Position numbers and translations under genes: made by a program
NCBI RefSeq assembly: GCF_016432865.1
Contig: NC_067400.1
Location: 555,086,001 to 555,150,000 of the forward strand
DNA from: Antechinus flavipes
Lineage: Eukaryota
Length of the DNA: 64,000 nt
Direction of reading: 5' to 3'
Part shown: positions 11,086-24,190 of the stretch, piece by piece
How the letters are laid out: each line of letters opens with the position of its first letter
Position numbering within the stretch: position 1 is the first letter of the stretch
The notes under the pieces: generated by a model
Databases searched by the model: none
Told to the model about the DNA's origin: nothing
The model's input: only the letters and a program-made list of their open reading frames with translations

Positions 11086-11964
11086 CATATGATATATTAT
11101 GAGGGGCAATCATTTCATCAGAAAGAGTACTAGAAATAACAAAATATGGGCATTAAATGCTTGGGTTGAATATTATCTTCTTGCAATTTGGTCTGCCATC
11201 ATCAATACAGGAGAATACTCAATTTCAATCCCTGATTTTTTATTCTGAGTGGAGGCTGGTTTTATGAAACTGAATCAATGGAAGTAGTCAGTCAAAAGAC
11301 AAACATTTAAACTTCATAATTGCACTAAGGAAAGACTTTAATGTTAGTTGCCCTGCTTAGAACTCTGCCTTCAAGAATCTACTCTTTCTGTGCCAATATG
11401 GACTTTGAATAAGCTAAATATTTTGGACTAGACAAATCTTAGAAACATCTTTATAAAAATGAATAAATTACTCTGCTTTTATGTACATCTTAATCCACAT
11501 AGAGGACCTAAATATGGCAAGGAGTTAGAATTCCTCTCCAGTTTGAGGATACTGAACATGAAAACACTGGCCATCAGGACTTCTAGATCCTAAGTGAATT
11601 AGTCGTGATTTAAGTACTAGGTCTTCAGTGCCCCACACTTTATTTGAAGACTGTCCTTATTAGAAGTATGACAATTTTTCTGCACAAAATATCAGAATAT
11701 GCAACATCATTAATCTGATTTCCAACAAAATTCCAGAAATTATCATTAAAGGGATGATTAGTGAATATATTAGAAGGGAAATGGTGATAATAAAATCTAG
11801 AAAAACTGTACTATGAATGAATCACAGTAGATTTATTTCTTCATTTAAAAAAATATGTTCAAAGGAATACTATAGACAGTTTATATAACTATTAATAAAC
11901 CACTTGAAAAAGTGTCTAATCATATTTTCATGCAACAAATATAGAAATGTGGGCCAGAATACAG

Positions 11965-12135
11965 AAAAAGGGAGGACAAGAAGAGGGAAAGGAAGAGGGA
12001 GATTTAGAGAGAAAGAGAGACACAGAGAGAGAGAGAGATAGGAAACAGAGACACACATACAGAGAAAGACAAAAGGATGGGGAAGAGATGGAGAGGGAGA
12101 GAGGAGAGGGAAGAAAGGAAGGAAAAAGAGAGAAA
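11965..12135. repeat. GA-rich low-complexity polypurine tract
   Basis: Runs of gagaga, gaaag and ggaag are directly visible. Confidence 0.8.
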
Positions 12136-14061
12136 AAACTCAAGCCATTGGGGCAAAAATAAAAGGATGACAGAGACTTTCTCTTATAGAGAACAGATGG
12201 TATTTCAGCTGAAGCCTCAGTTAAATCAAGAAACAACAAGCAACAAGCAAGTAAAATGTTTGCAACTGTTTACCTAGAGGAACGATATTCTGGAACAATC
12301 AGTAGTGGCCAAAGAACAGTAATTAAAACTGATTGTATCCTCTGGCTGAGTGATAAATTTAATAAATTGATCAAATATGGGAGCTAGGATTTTAGATTTA
12401 TGCTAACCTAGAGTGTGCCTTGAAAAATCACTTATATCAGTAGGGTTGGGAGTAGAAGATGGCTCTATATGCTGTGTACATCCACTGGTATAGACTGTGT
12501 TTGTGGAGTAAACTGATTAGGGATTATTTGAGGCTAATAGAAGATACTACCAATCGAATTGATATTTTGTAATGCTATAATTATTATTTTAAAATTTTAT
12601 TCTAGATTTAATGAATACCATAAAAAGAGATCATTCATATATATATAAAACAAAAAAAGAGGATTACATATGAAACTACAAATGTCTAGTGTGAACAATT
12701 TATACTTCTTAAAGTATACAATAAAATTAATACATTCTTTCAAAGTTGCTTTTACAAGGATTTTCCACAATAAAAAACAGGTCAAAGGTGAAAAACAGAA
12801 TACAATATTCTTGGATGCTGGATATATCAAATGTCACAGACAGGCTTATCTACATATTGGGAGGTATCTTCCATTTCTGAAAAAGCTGTCTCAGAGACAT
12901 AAAAACATATATGTGTTTTATATTTGGCATATAAATACATTTCTTATATACATATAAGCACTATATAGGCCTTTCTAAAAGTCATATTGCAGTTTTAAAC
13001 CTCTATTGATGAGAAATTAGATTTTGAGAATACATTATATATATGTATATATATATATATGCATGTATGTATGTATGTATTTTATATGCTGAGAGTTGTG
13101 TTTTCAATTATTCATCACAAGATACTTTTAGAGAGCTTTTCATACATTATAATAATTATCATTTATTTAGCACATTTCACACATTATTCCCTTTAATTCT
13201 TAATACAATATTAAGTGATAAGTACAGTATGATTCCATTTTACAGATAAGAAAACAAGCTGACCAAAGTTTAGGAATTTGTCTATTTTATGAAAAGATTA
13301 AGTGTTAGAAGCAGAATCTGAATGAGGATTTCCCATAATCTGGGCTTGACACATTGTCTCCTATATCATGCTGCTACATGTTTCATCTTCACAGTTGAAA
13401 ACACATGCTTCAATGATGATACAGTGGCAACATTGTTGGATTTAAAATCAGGAAGTTGTATGTTCCAATCCTCCTCTCTGACACTTAGTTTGCAATTCTG
13501 TTTCATTTTCCTCATAGGCAAAACAGAGACAATTATATGTATTGTGCTTATTTCACAAAGTTTTTTCTGAAGCTCAAATTATCTAATGAATGTAAAGTAT
13601 TTGCTGTACTTGAAAGTACTATATAAACATATTGTATATCCATTTCCAACATTTGTGGGTACCCCCCAAAATGTATAGGACATAGCTCATCCATGCTTTC
13701 CTAGCCTATGCATAAAATTATTCTTCATGTCCTTCCATAAATAAGTCTTGTTGTTTTTACTATTATCACTGTTGCTGTCATTGTCATTATACATAATCAT
13801 CCCAAAGTATACGCAGATGTAGGACACAAAAAATATTTTTAAGTCATGGTAAAGGAAGTTCATTATTTAATGATGATTCAAGAAGGCTTATTAAGGATCA
13901 TTATGTTAGCCTGGCTGCTTTATAACTGAGTCATACTTTTCTTTATCTCTAACCCCCCATTCCCTCCATCCCCAAAATCTTATGAATCAGAAAGCTTGAA
14001 GTAGCACAATTATCAAAAAAAAAAAAAAAAAAAAAAAAATTGGTTCAAGTTTTAGTCACTG

Positions 14062-15003
14062 CTAGCAATGAAAAGCTTGGATAATGCGATCCCTGATCTG
14101 CTTTGTCTTAACACTGTAGACAATGGGGTTCATCAAGGGTGGAACCAACAGGTAAACAAACCCCATAACTACCTGAATCAAGTGAGGAGCTTGTTTCCCA
14201 AATCGGTGAATAACTGATAGACCTATCATAGGTATATAGAAGAGGAGTACTGCACAGATGTGAGAGACACATGTGTTTAGGGCCTTGAGACGCTCAGCCT
14301 GGGAGGCAATGGCCAACACAGTGTGGAGAATCAACACATAGGAGAGAAGGATGAGCATGGAGTCCACACCCACAGTGGAAATGATAACAAACATGCCATA
14401 AATGCTATTGGCAGTAATGTCAGCACAAGCAAGCTTCATGACTTCCTGATGGAGGCAGTAGGAGTGGGTAAGAACTTGGGACTCACAATAGGGGAAGCGT
14501 TTGAGCATGAAAGGAAGTGGAAAGATGAGTGCCACACTTCGACCCAAGGAGCCCAGTCCAATTCTGCTGACAACCCTGTTGGTAAGAATGGAGGCATATC
14601 TCAGAGGACGGCAGATGGCAATAAGGCGATCGAATGCCATGGAAAGTAGAACTGAGGACTCTAGGAAAGACAGGCAGTGGATAAAAAAGAGCTGAGCAAA
14701 GCAAGCATCATGAGCAATCTCACGAGTGCCAAATAAGAAAATACCCAGTACTGTGGGAAGAGTGCATATGGATAGGCCCAAATCTGTCATTGCCAGCATA
14801 GACAAGAAAAAATACATGGGCTCATGGAGTGAAGATTCTGTCTTGATAATGAAAAGGATCATGCAATTTCCCAAGATAGACACAAGGTACATAGAAAATA
14901 TAGGGATAGAGATCCAAATGTGGATATGCTCCAGTCCAGGAAGGCCACTTAAGAGAAAGGTAGAAGGCCTAAGAGTGCTGTTTCTAAATGATTCCAGAGT
15001 CAT
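14062..15003 (-). CDS. OR51G2: Class I olfactory receptor, OR51G2 ortholog (313 aa, intact)
   Basis: Start taken at ATG 15003 (MTLESFRNS...), which corresponds to human MTLGSLGNS. The motifs REIAHDACFAQLFFIHC, HQEVMKLACADITANSIYGMFVI and HRFGKQAPHLIQVVMGF match human OR51G2 as recalled. Confidence 0.92.
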   Translation of the reverse strand: MTLESFRNSTLRPSTFLLSGLPGLEHIHIWISIPIFSMYLVSILGNCMILFIIKTESSLHEPMYFFLSMLAMTDLGLSICTLPTVLGIFLFGTREIAHDACFAQLFFIHCLSFLESSVLLSMAFDRLIAICRPLRYASILTNRVVSRIGLGSLGRSVALIFPLPFMLKRFPYCESQVLTHSYCLHQEVMKLACADITANSIYGMFVIISTVGVDSMLILLSYVLILHTVLAIASQAERLKALNTCVSHICAVLLFYIPMIGLSVIHRFGKQAPHLIQVVMGFVYLLVPPLMNPIVYSVKTKQIRDRIIQAFHC

Positions 15004-16689
15004 GTTGGAGGGAAGAAGAAAGTTCAGGTTCTTACTCTGATGAAATGAACAGCTGCTGTGGGCAGGGGAAGCCTGGAAGGAATTCAAATGATGAATTATA
15101 CAGCATCTCAAATCTTAGAACTTGCAAGGAAACTTAAAAATCATCCAATCAAATTTTATCCATTTTCCTGGAAATTTTCCAGATTTTCTAGATCTAGAAG
15201 TTAAGATCTAGAGAGATATATAATTTCCCCAGTATCATACAGTTAGTAAATAGAAGGTTTAAAATTGACCCTTGGTCTTTTGCTGTCAAATTTTGGGATC
15301 CTTCTGCAATGTAATATTACCTTAATAAACCTAACACTGGAAATATTTTCCAGAAGTCATCCAAACCATCTTCATACTTCTACTTCGTTTGATTTAAACC
15401 AAAATTAGGATTATATTTTTCCAAATTGTCCTCAGTATCTCTTATTTTTTATTTCTCTTTTTATCATTTACCTTATTGGAAATTTTTTGCTAATATCTAG
15501 TCTTAGTTACTTTTGCTTCAATTATTGTCTATCTTTTTTCTAGTCTACAGATGACTCTTACCACTGATAAAAAAAAAAAAATATGACAAGTAACTATAGC
15601 ATGGGACTTGTGAAAAAATAACATAGGTTTAATTTCAATATATGCTGAACTTCCTATAGAGAAATATTTTATTTTTCTCCATGAAAGATTCATTCTTAAC
15701 CCTGACAAGAGATTGTGTCTTAATCAAGGGCATAGATTGAACTCTAAACTCAGGCATCAGTTATAGTCTAATCTTGATCAAAGACTAAGCTCTGAAATTG
15801 GTAAAGACTGAGGCCTACTCTTGCTTAAATACTTATCTTTTATCATGTAACATAATAATTATTATTATTATAACTACATTTATGTAGCACTTGTTACATG
15901 CCAGATACTGTACTAAATGTTTTACAGTTATTATTCTCATTTAATCACAATGACACTGGGAGTTAGGTACTGTTATTATCCTCATTTTATAGCTGAGGAA
16001 ACCAAAGAACATGTAGGTAGATGACTTTTCCAGGGATCATACAGTTTGGGAGTGTCTGACTTTAAGTCATCCTGACTCCAAGTCATGTCATTCTCTCTAT
16101 TGCACCACCTTGCTGTCAAAGAATGAACTCAAACCCTAGCCCAGTCCAACACTTAACCCTAGCCAGATGTTTCATAAACATTTACCATAGTGACAAAGGG
16201 AAATGGGGAAAAGATATTATGTTGTTCATTGGAAGTTATCCTCACTTTTGGGGAGAAAGAGCCTATAGAACATAGACTATTTAAAATGGGAAGGCACATA
16301 AAGGTTATAGAACAAGAGATATGAGAAGTAGATTACAACTTAAAACAACATAAAATGACAAAGCAAAAAGGGATTTTTTAATATAGAACATAGAATGTTA
16401 GAGAAAAAAGGAATTTTGGAGCATAATCTATACAATGCAAAATAAACCAAAAAAAGTTATACATCAATCCCCTCACTTAACACAAAGGGAAAACAGAGGA
16501 TATAAAAGTGACTTGGCTGTGAGGATATGGCAGAGCTGAGTTCTCTTGATTCCTAGCATAATGCTCTATCCATCTCCCAAAGATAATCTCTATGGGCAGG
16601 ATTGTTAGTCCATACTAAAATTTTGTTTGGTATTCCTCTTATAGGTCTGTATATATACTCTCAAATACCCTCTTCTTCAGTAGTTATTT

Positions 16690-17190
16690 TGCTAAGCATT
16701 CATTCATCCTTCAAAATCTTAGAATCATTCTTGAATCTTCACTTTTCATAAACACACATTCAAAGGGTTACCAAGTTTTCTTCTCTAACTTTCTTTGGAA
16801 GTTCACCAATCCCCTCAAAATCTTCCTTTATATTGGTTCCTTCCCTATTATCTTAAAAAATTCTCATCTCTCCTATCAAAAGAATCAACAACTTTCACTA
16901 GAACACCCCTTCAAAATATCATCCTATTACTTTCCTCCTCTCAGTTAAAATAACTTAATAAGTTACCTCTATAACTTCTCTCTCAGTTACTCCTTAAGTC
17001 TTTGTTGTCTAACTGTTGTCCCCATCATCCAACTGAAATAGCTTTCTCCCAAGTTACCAATTATTTCTTTATTTCTAAATTAAGTATCCTTATATTGTCT
17101 AGAAGTAAACATCCCTGTCACCTTCCAGTTCTCTCCTTTCGATGTCACCTCTACATTAGTTATTATCCTTATTTTCTCTAATTAGAATAA
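16690..17190 (+). mobile_element. L2 LINE fragment, highly degenerate
   Basis: catcatccaactgaaatagctttctcccaagttaccaattatttc resembles L2 ccactctactgaaactgctctctccaaggtcaccaatgacctc. Confidence 0.55.
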
Positions 17191-17269
17191 ACTTTGGCCT
17201 ATACCCCTATACAATAGGCTCAGATAGATGAGCTGCTACTTTAATCTTGCCCACAATATTTAAGTACCC

Positions 17270-17535
17270 TCTTCTCAGTCATCTCAAATTCGTCTCCCCC
17301 CCTTTCTCCCTCTCTCCCACCTTCCCTCTTCCCCTCCTTCTCCCTTTCTGTTTCCTTGTCCCTCTTCTTCTCCATCTTCTTCTCTTTCTCCCTCTCCCTC
17401 TCTCTCTCTCTCTGTGTGTCTCTCTTTTTCTCTGACTCTGTCTCTCTCTCTCTCTTTGTATGTGTGTGTCTATCTCTCTATATCTCTCTTTTTCTCTGTG
17501 TGTGCCTTTCTCTTACTTGTCCTCTCTCTTTTTCT
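17270..17535. repeat. CT-rich low-complexity polypyrimidine tract
   Basis: Directly visible ctct, ctcc and tgtc runs. Confidence 0.8.
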
Positions 17536-17577
17536 TCAGCTAGTATGTCAAGGATTAGCAAGAATCATCATCCATGA

Positions 17578-18815
17578 GAAGGATTCTGGTTAGATGGCAG
17601 AATAGATGGGCACATTTCAAGTTCTTCCCATTTACTGCACAAATAGAACAAATTTGCACCTCCGAATGAACACAAGATTGGTGAAAAATCAAGAAAACTT
17701 GGGTCAGAACCAGGGTCCTCCCAATATAACAGGAGAAGATCTGAAGAAAGACTCTGGGCTAGGAATTAACTTGTCTAAAGTGCAAATACCTCTGAACTAG
17801 CTCATCAGAAAGCTCAAGTGGGGATCCCTCAAACTAGCGAATTATGGCTAAAGCCTCAGCAGGAACCACAGAGACTTTTACCTCCCAGACTGTTTGTTGA
17901 GGCGGGCTCTGAGTCAGGGAGAACAGAGTGAACTTTGGCTGATTAGGAACACTAGGCCCAGCTGAGCCCTGGGCAAGAAGGAAGTAGTATCTGATGATTG
18001 CAGAGGCATTGGGGCTGGGATACAGCTGTCTGTGGGCACTTGAAGTTGGAGACAGTTCCTGGTCAGAAAAACACAATTCAAATACATTGGAGCTACAATT
18101 AGAATCATACAAGATTATCAGCAGCCTGAATAAAGAGCCACAGGTCCTGGAATCATATCTACTAACAATCAAAAGAACTAGGCCTGTGGCCAAAAATATA
18201 TCCTGTAGAGGACTGCAACTCTGGGTAAGATATAAGAAGACTCTTCAGTCCAGAGGGAACCTGCTGACAATGTCTGGTTTGACTCCTCACCTCCCTTTGG
18301 TGCTCTCACCCTGCCTGAGAACTCAGAAAGACTGAGAACAGTGGTCATGCCCTAAGGGGAGAAGACAAGAGAGGGATCCTTGGGCGGGGGAAGGTTAAAT
18401 AATAGTAAGGCAAGTTATAGAGCAGAATTCAAATTAAAAAGGCAGCAGGGATAGGAAAGACATGTGTGTGTATGTGGGATGTATGTGCATGTGTGTATAT
18501 GTATGTGTATGTATATATCTACATATATACATAAATAACTTTTTTTTTTTTTTTTTTTTTTTTTACTGTAGCTTGCTTTGATGTGATGGGGAACATGAAA
18601 GGGGGAAAAAAGTTAAGTAAATAAAATTCAAAGCAGAAAAATCAAAGAACAATTTACAAATAAGTTAAGATAAAATGAACATTCATGAATATAATTTCTA
18701 CTTATATATATTAAACATATATGTGATTATATATTATATTTTTATTTCATATTCCTTTTCTGTTTTATTTTTTTTCTTACTGTTTTTTTTTCAAATAAAA
18801 TAAATTTTAAAAAAT
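17578..18815 (+). mobile_element. HAL1/L1-like element (5' UTR plus 3' end, internally deleted)
   Basis: Starts gaaggattctggttagatggcag, the same 5' motif as the antisense element ending at 30245. It has a GC-richer 5' UTR-like body and an A-rich 3' end with aataaa. Confidence 0.45.
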
Positions 18816-19445
18816 TATCATCTATGATATACTGGGATCTGAAGAGCAGTGATGTGCATAGCACAATCATATATATGATAGAGAATGATCCATAACATCC
18901 ATCTAGAACAAAAAAATGATTGGAAGTTCAGGGGAATCCCAAATAGAGCCCTGAATCAGCAATGCTTTGAAGTTGCTATTGAAAAGAAAATCTTGCTAAA
19001 TTAAGTCATATATGTCAAGAAATCAGGAAATTTTGAACTTTTTAAATTTCACACTATTGTTCCATGATCTGGGATTTCATAGCCTAAGATGATATAGAAG
19101 AAGTTCAAAGTCACAGAGAAATGAACTAGTTTGGAAAAAGACGTGCAGGAAGAAATATGAGAGAGATAAGTTTATGAAGTTTAGATAAAGTAGATGGAGC
19201 CTGTTGTATAATTTGGAAAGGTGTCTAGAAGTGTACTGTTTAGGTCAGTGGTCCCTCTTTGGGGTGGATTCTTGAGCATCTTGACATTTTAATATTTGTC
19301 CTAGTTTCTTGAATCTTATTGATCATGAACATTAATACAATGTAACTTGAAAATTATTTTACTAAACCTCATTAGTACTACACAAATTTAGGGTCTTTAT
19401 CAGAAATGAAGTCAAGAATAAATAGAGTTTTGTCAAGCTGATTTT

Positions 19446-19650
19446 ATCATGTCTGACTTAAAATCATTTGAGGTTTTCTTGGCAAAGATAATGGAGTGAT
19501 TTACCATTTCCTTCTCAGTGCATAGATGAAGAATCGGAGGCAAACAAGATTAAATAACTTGCCCAGGGTCACATAGCTTCTGAAGCTATTTTGATGCAAT
19601 GCTTGTTTCCTAATTCAGTGTTTTATCCATTGTGCCTCCTAGCTACCCTT
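19446..19650 (-). mobile_element. Mar1-like SINE (BovB-type tail)
   Basis: ggttttcttggcaaagataatggagtgatttaccatttccttctc...ttgcccagggtcacatagc. Confidence 0.7.
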
Positions 19651-21009
19651 AAATAGACTTAGGATCTCATAAATAAAAGGAGGTTAAGAGGGACTTTAAA
19701 ACAGGAATGGCAATTACAAAATGGGAAGTAAGTAGTAATCCAAGTTTTACAGAGACATTTTTATAAAGAGAAATTCATTATGTGCATAGCTTTAATTATG
19801 AATAAGATTATTGTATTCAACTGAAATGTACTTCCTTGCAACTTTTAGTCTTCGGTCTTAGTTCTCTCTTGAAACACAGAGAGTAAGTCTAATTCCTCTG
19901 CCACATGAAAGCACTTCAAATATTTGAAAATGGTGACCATCCCTGAAAAGGACTTTACTAATCTCATCAATGTAAAGATTCAAGACACCTCTGACAGACA
20001 TATGATAAAAAGTTCTATCCATACCCAGAAAAATTACTGCTTGTGTCTGGATACAGATTGAATTATATTTTAAAATTTTATTTTTCTTGAGGGTTTTTTT
20101 GGGGGGGAGGGAGGAAACATGTTTTTTTTTTTTTCCCACAACATGACTTTTATGGAAATGTGTACATAACTTCCCATGTGCCTTCACAATGAGGAGGATC
20201 TGCTAGGGGTTTAATCATGAAATGGTTTAATGTAACCTATAGTGTTTTTCTCTACTTTTAAGTCCAGGACTGTTTCCTTTTTTCTCTACCCCTAGGCTTG
20301 GAATCTGAAGCACAGAGCTGATAGGTCTAAAGTATGTTGAACAAATCCACAGATTGAATACCATCCACTTGCCACTTTATACTCACTCATATCATTCCGA
20401 TCCAGAAGCTCTGAATTCACAGGGAAAGAATGGGAATATCCAAGTCCTTAGAACCTGTTTAAATGAGTGATAGACAATGAAAACTGCTATAATAGAGAGT
20501 TTGTGAGTTTGGTAGGAAGATGACAGAAAAGTGGCTATAGTAATGAACAAAGTGACAAACAATTGAAACTGATGAAATATGAGCAAGGAGGTCTAGCTAA
20601 ATGACAGTTTGTGGAATATTACTCCTTGGTCTTTGCCATATTACTAAAGCTTTCAATCTTCTTACCTTCTGGCTTCATGTCTTCATTATAGCTTTTAACC
20701 TTCTTCAGACAAAGTTGCCCTTAGCATTTAAATTTTAATATCTGTGGCATTGAGATCCTATAAATGAGTGGAAGGGAAGTGGGGAATAAGGGAACAGATC
20801 ATAATACCCAATAGGATAAATGACAAAAAAAGGCTATGTTCTCTGCTCTATGGGAGTTTGGTAAAGCTATAGGGAGAGAAAGAACATAATGTCATCCCCT
20901 GGTGGAATTTAGGCCTTGGGGAATAGGAAGAAGCAAGCCCAGATTTTAGTGATTTATTGCTCTATGTCTAACTAGAAGAAAATCTGAAGTGGATTATCCT
21001 TGCTTTTAT

Positions 21010-22010
21010 CCTGTGGTTTTATCCTTGGTCCCATGATAATTAATATTTTTGAAAATCACTTGGGTAAAAGTATAGAAAGCATATTTATCAGATTTATGGG
21101 TGACAAAAAGCTAGTCAATAATATTAATATATTGGATAACCAAGTCAGGATCTACAAGGATTAAAAACTGAGAGACTGGATTTTGAAAAGTAAAATTTAA
21201 CCAGCATTACATGATATCTTGGCCTTCAAATAAAAAAAAATACCACCTTTAGAAATATAGACTAAGGAAAAGAGGCTAGTCAATAATTTCTATGAAAATA
21301 CTGCAGTAGAGAAAAGGAGGTACAGTAGATTACAAAGTTAATATGAGCAGGAGAATACAGAGAGGACTGGTGAGACTGACATGAAATGATGCTAAGTGAA
21401 ATGAGCAGAACCAGGAGATCATTATATACCTCAACAATGATGAGGATGTATTCTGATGGAAGTGGATCTCTTTGATAAAGAGAGCTAATTTAGTTTCAAT
21501 TAATCAAGGATGGACAGAAGTAGCTACACCCAAAGAAAGAACACTGGGAAATGAATATAAACTGTGTATATTTTTGTTTTTCTTCCCGGGTTATTTATGC
21601 CTTCTGAATCCAATTCTCCTTGTGCAACAAGAGAACTGTTCTGTTCTGCACACATATATTGTATCTAGGATATAATGTAACCTATTTAACATGTAAAGGA
21701 CTGCTTGCCTTGTGGAGGGAGGGAGGGGAAAAATCGAAACAGAAGTGAGTGCAAGGGATAATGTTGTAAAAAATTACCCTGGCATGGGTTCTGTCAATAA
21801 AAAGTTATTTAAAAAATAAAAATTAAAAAAAAAGTTAATATGATTCTACAGCTTGACATAACAGCCCCAGAAAGGTATGATCTTAGGATGCATGAGAAAA
21901 GACAATATTTAAGACTACAGAGTTGATTATTCCATTTTCTTCTGTCCACCTTAAGTACCTGTTAAGTTCCAGGCATCAAGTTTTAAAAGGGCATTGACAA
22001 ACTTGAATAT
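21010..22010 (+). mobile_element. L3/CR1 LINE RT fragment, split by an L1 insertion
   Basis: cacttgggtaaaagtatagaaagcatatttatcagatttatgggtgacaaaaagct (CR1 YADD region) and gttaagttccaggcatcaagttttaaaagggcattgacaaact after the L1. Confidence 0.6.
21347..21830 (+). mobile_element. L1 3' end (dasyurid-type, relatively young) with 13-bp TSD
   Basis: Perfect TSD aaagttaatatga at 21334-21346 and 21831-21843. L1 ORF2 end and 3'UTR, aataaa and an A-rich tail are present. Confidence 0.88.
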
Positions 22011-23313
22011 AAAACCTAGATTGTAGGTATGAAGAAATGACATATAAACAGTCTTTGATAGATTGGAATTAAGGCAAAATTATCTGTATTTACTGGAGGG
22101 GTTTTGAAATAAAAATACCATTAGGCTTTGTTTTTTGTTTTTTTTTTCTCCCAGACGCTCACCTAGAGCCACAAAGAGGGTAAAAGGATAGAATTTAAAA
22201 AAACAAAAACAACAACAACAACAAAAAAAAAAACAGAGTATTTTTATTTTTTATTTTTGGTTGTGATTCTGAAAAAGAAAAATAATTTTAAAACTCCATT
22301 TCTAAATTTTAGAGCTGTACAGAAGTAAAATACATGACCTCACGATGTTATGTGATCTCTAATATTATAAATCTTCTCTTAAATCTAACTAAATCTAACT
22401 CTTAAAGTTAGATAACCAATCAATCAGGTGGTTACTAATTACCTGGCATATTCCAGGCACTGCACTATTCAATAGGAACATAAATAAAAAAAATGAAACA
22501 ATTTCTACTCTAAGTAAACTTATATTGTAATGGGAGAGACAAGCATGTGTACATACCAGATAGATACTTGAAGACAATGTATATGTGTGTGTGTATGTGT
22601 GTATAAATAGTTAGATCTATCTATCTGTCTGTCTGTCTATCATTAATACAGGAAAACACTCAAGTTCAATCCCAGATATTTAACCCTGAATAGTGGCTGA
22701 GTTTATGAAACTGAATCAATAGAACAAACATTTAAGCTTCATAATTGCACTAAGGATAGTTAGTTAGTTGTTCTGCTGAGAACTCTACCTTTAGGAATCC
22801 AATCTTTCTGTGCTATTATGGACTTTGAATAAGCCAAATATCTTAGATTGGACAAATCCTTGAAATATCTTTTATGAAAAGGAATGAATTCTTTTGTTGT
22901 TATGTATATCCTAATCTATGTAGATGATCTAAATGTGACAAGAAAGAGTTTGAGTTCCTCTCTATCAGGACTTCTAGATCCTAAATGAGACTCATGATGT
23001 AAGTACTGGGTCTTCAGTGCCCCAAACTTCATTTGAAGACTGTCCTTACTAGAAATATGACTTATATTGAATGGGGAGATTGTTGTATTGTCTATATTCC
23101 TTTGTTCACTCAAAGAAGAAACATTTGTGGTGCATGAATCCAAACTCGACTCTGATACAACTCTTGGCTTTGAAATTGCTTGTGAACTACCTGAGCAGTG
23201 GGAAGATGTGTTGATCTAAAAGAAATGATGGATTTAAGCCTATGTTTAAATATTTTATTATGTAATGTTTTTGTTTTATTTATTTATTTTTTGTTCCTAT
23301 GACAACAACACAG

Positions 23314-23427
23314 AATTTTTTTTTTTTTTTTTTTTTTTTTGATAAGGCAATTGAGGTTAAGTGACTTTTACCCAGGGCCATACAGTTAGGAATTGTTAAG
23401 TATCTGAGACCAGATTTGAGCTCAGGA
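23314..23427 (-). mobile_element. WSINE1-like SINE, 5'-truncated
   Basis: Poly(T) followed by ggcaattgaggttaagtgactt...cccagggccatacag...tctgagaccagatttgagctcagg. Confidence 0.75.
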
Positions 23428-23837
23428 AGAATGTTATTCTTTTGAACATGTTGTATCTACTTGAATGGGAAATAGCTTCATTATGTGTGGTGACATAAGT
23501 AGGTTTCTGTGAAGCATGGCAAATTTGGGGAAGAGATTAGATTTTGCCAGTCAAGTACAGATCTCACAACTGATTCTTGTTTGATAAATCCTCACTAATC
23601 CTATCCTTTTTGAAGTGACAAGTCAGGATAGTCACCAAGAAAGAATTAGAATCATCTTGGTAGTTACCCAGCATTCTTTTTTTTTTTTTTTTGGATATAG
23701 TCAGCCTAATAGATATTAATGACACTTGGTGTTTAGGAAAGCTAAACTGAAAAGGGGTTGTCTAAAACTGTATATGGAGAAAAGAGATAGAACAAAGAAG
23801 AGTTAGGACAATTGATACATGGGAGTATGCATTTATG

Positions 23838-23905
<68 letters not shown>
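23838..23905. repeat. Compound (CT)n(CA)n microsatellite
   Basis: Directly visible. Confidence 0.95.
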
Positions 23906-23909
<4 letters not shown>

Positions 23910-23989
23910 TATATTTGGACTGGAAAGGATAGATTAAAAAAAAATAGCTGAGAGAGAACTGATGCCTAACATAATTAATGAGATAAAGA

Positions 23990-24190
23990 AGATAAGGAAC
24001 TACCTAGCTGCTTTTGATAAGTTAAAGTCACTAGGTCCAGTTATACTGTATTCTTGGGAATAAAGAAAAAAAATTGATCGGTATGATTACTAAGTTTCTG
24101 GCAATGATCTTCAAGGGTTTATAGGGTTAGAGGACAAGCACTGCAAGCCTTAAGGGCAAATATTCATCCTTTTTTTTTCAAAAAAGGAAA
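23990..24190 (+). mobile_element. L3/CR1 fragment
   Basis: aagtcactaggtccag...gggcaaatattcatccttttttttcaaaaaagg resembles the CR1 RT N-terminal KSPGPD...ANVVPIFKKG region. Confidence 0.55.

Larger units (their letters stand above)
5520..11872. repeat. Tandem segmental duplication, OR51G2 unit 1 (paralog of about 12750-24465)
   Basis: Collinear similarity at 5520-9138 vs about 12760-16405, and at 11200-11870 vs 22650-23070 plus 24270-24465. Non-coding identity is roughly 80-85% by eye. Confidence 0.88.

Noticed and set aside
11928-12277. ORFs in GA/CT low-complexity tracts (also 174-378 and 17247-17577)
   Set aside because: Compositional artefacts of stop-poor simple repeats.
14323-15040. 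Antisense and alternative-frame ORFs over OR genes (also 7042-7657, 30884-31069, 31511-31738, 45342-45795, 46237-46464, 53179-54046, 1233-1535)
   Set aside because: Shadow ORFs of OR codon usage. Their apparent conservation just reflects the duplicated or converted OR sequence.
15004-15111. 36-aa N-terminal extension of OR51G2 in the ORF track (349 aa)
   Set aside because: The human ortholog starts at the equivalent of ATG 15003. The extension contains polypyrimidine-AG acceptor sites and is probably intronic.
17834-18335. ORFs of 113-119 aa in the GC-richer stretch
   Set aside because: They lie in a HAL1/L1-like 5' UTR and have no recognisable protein similarity.
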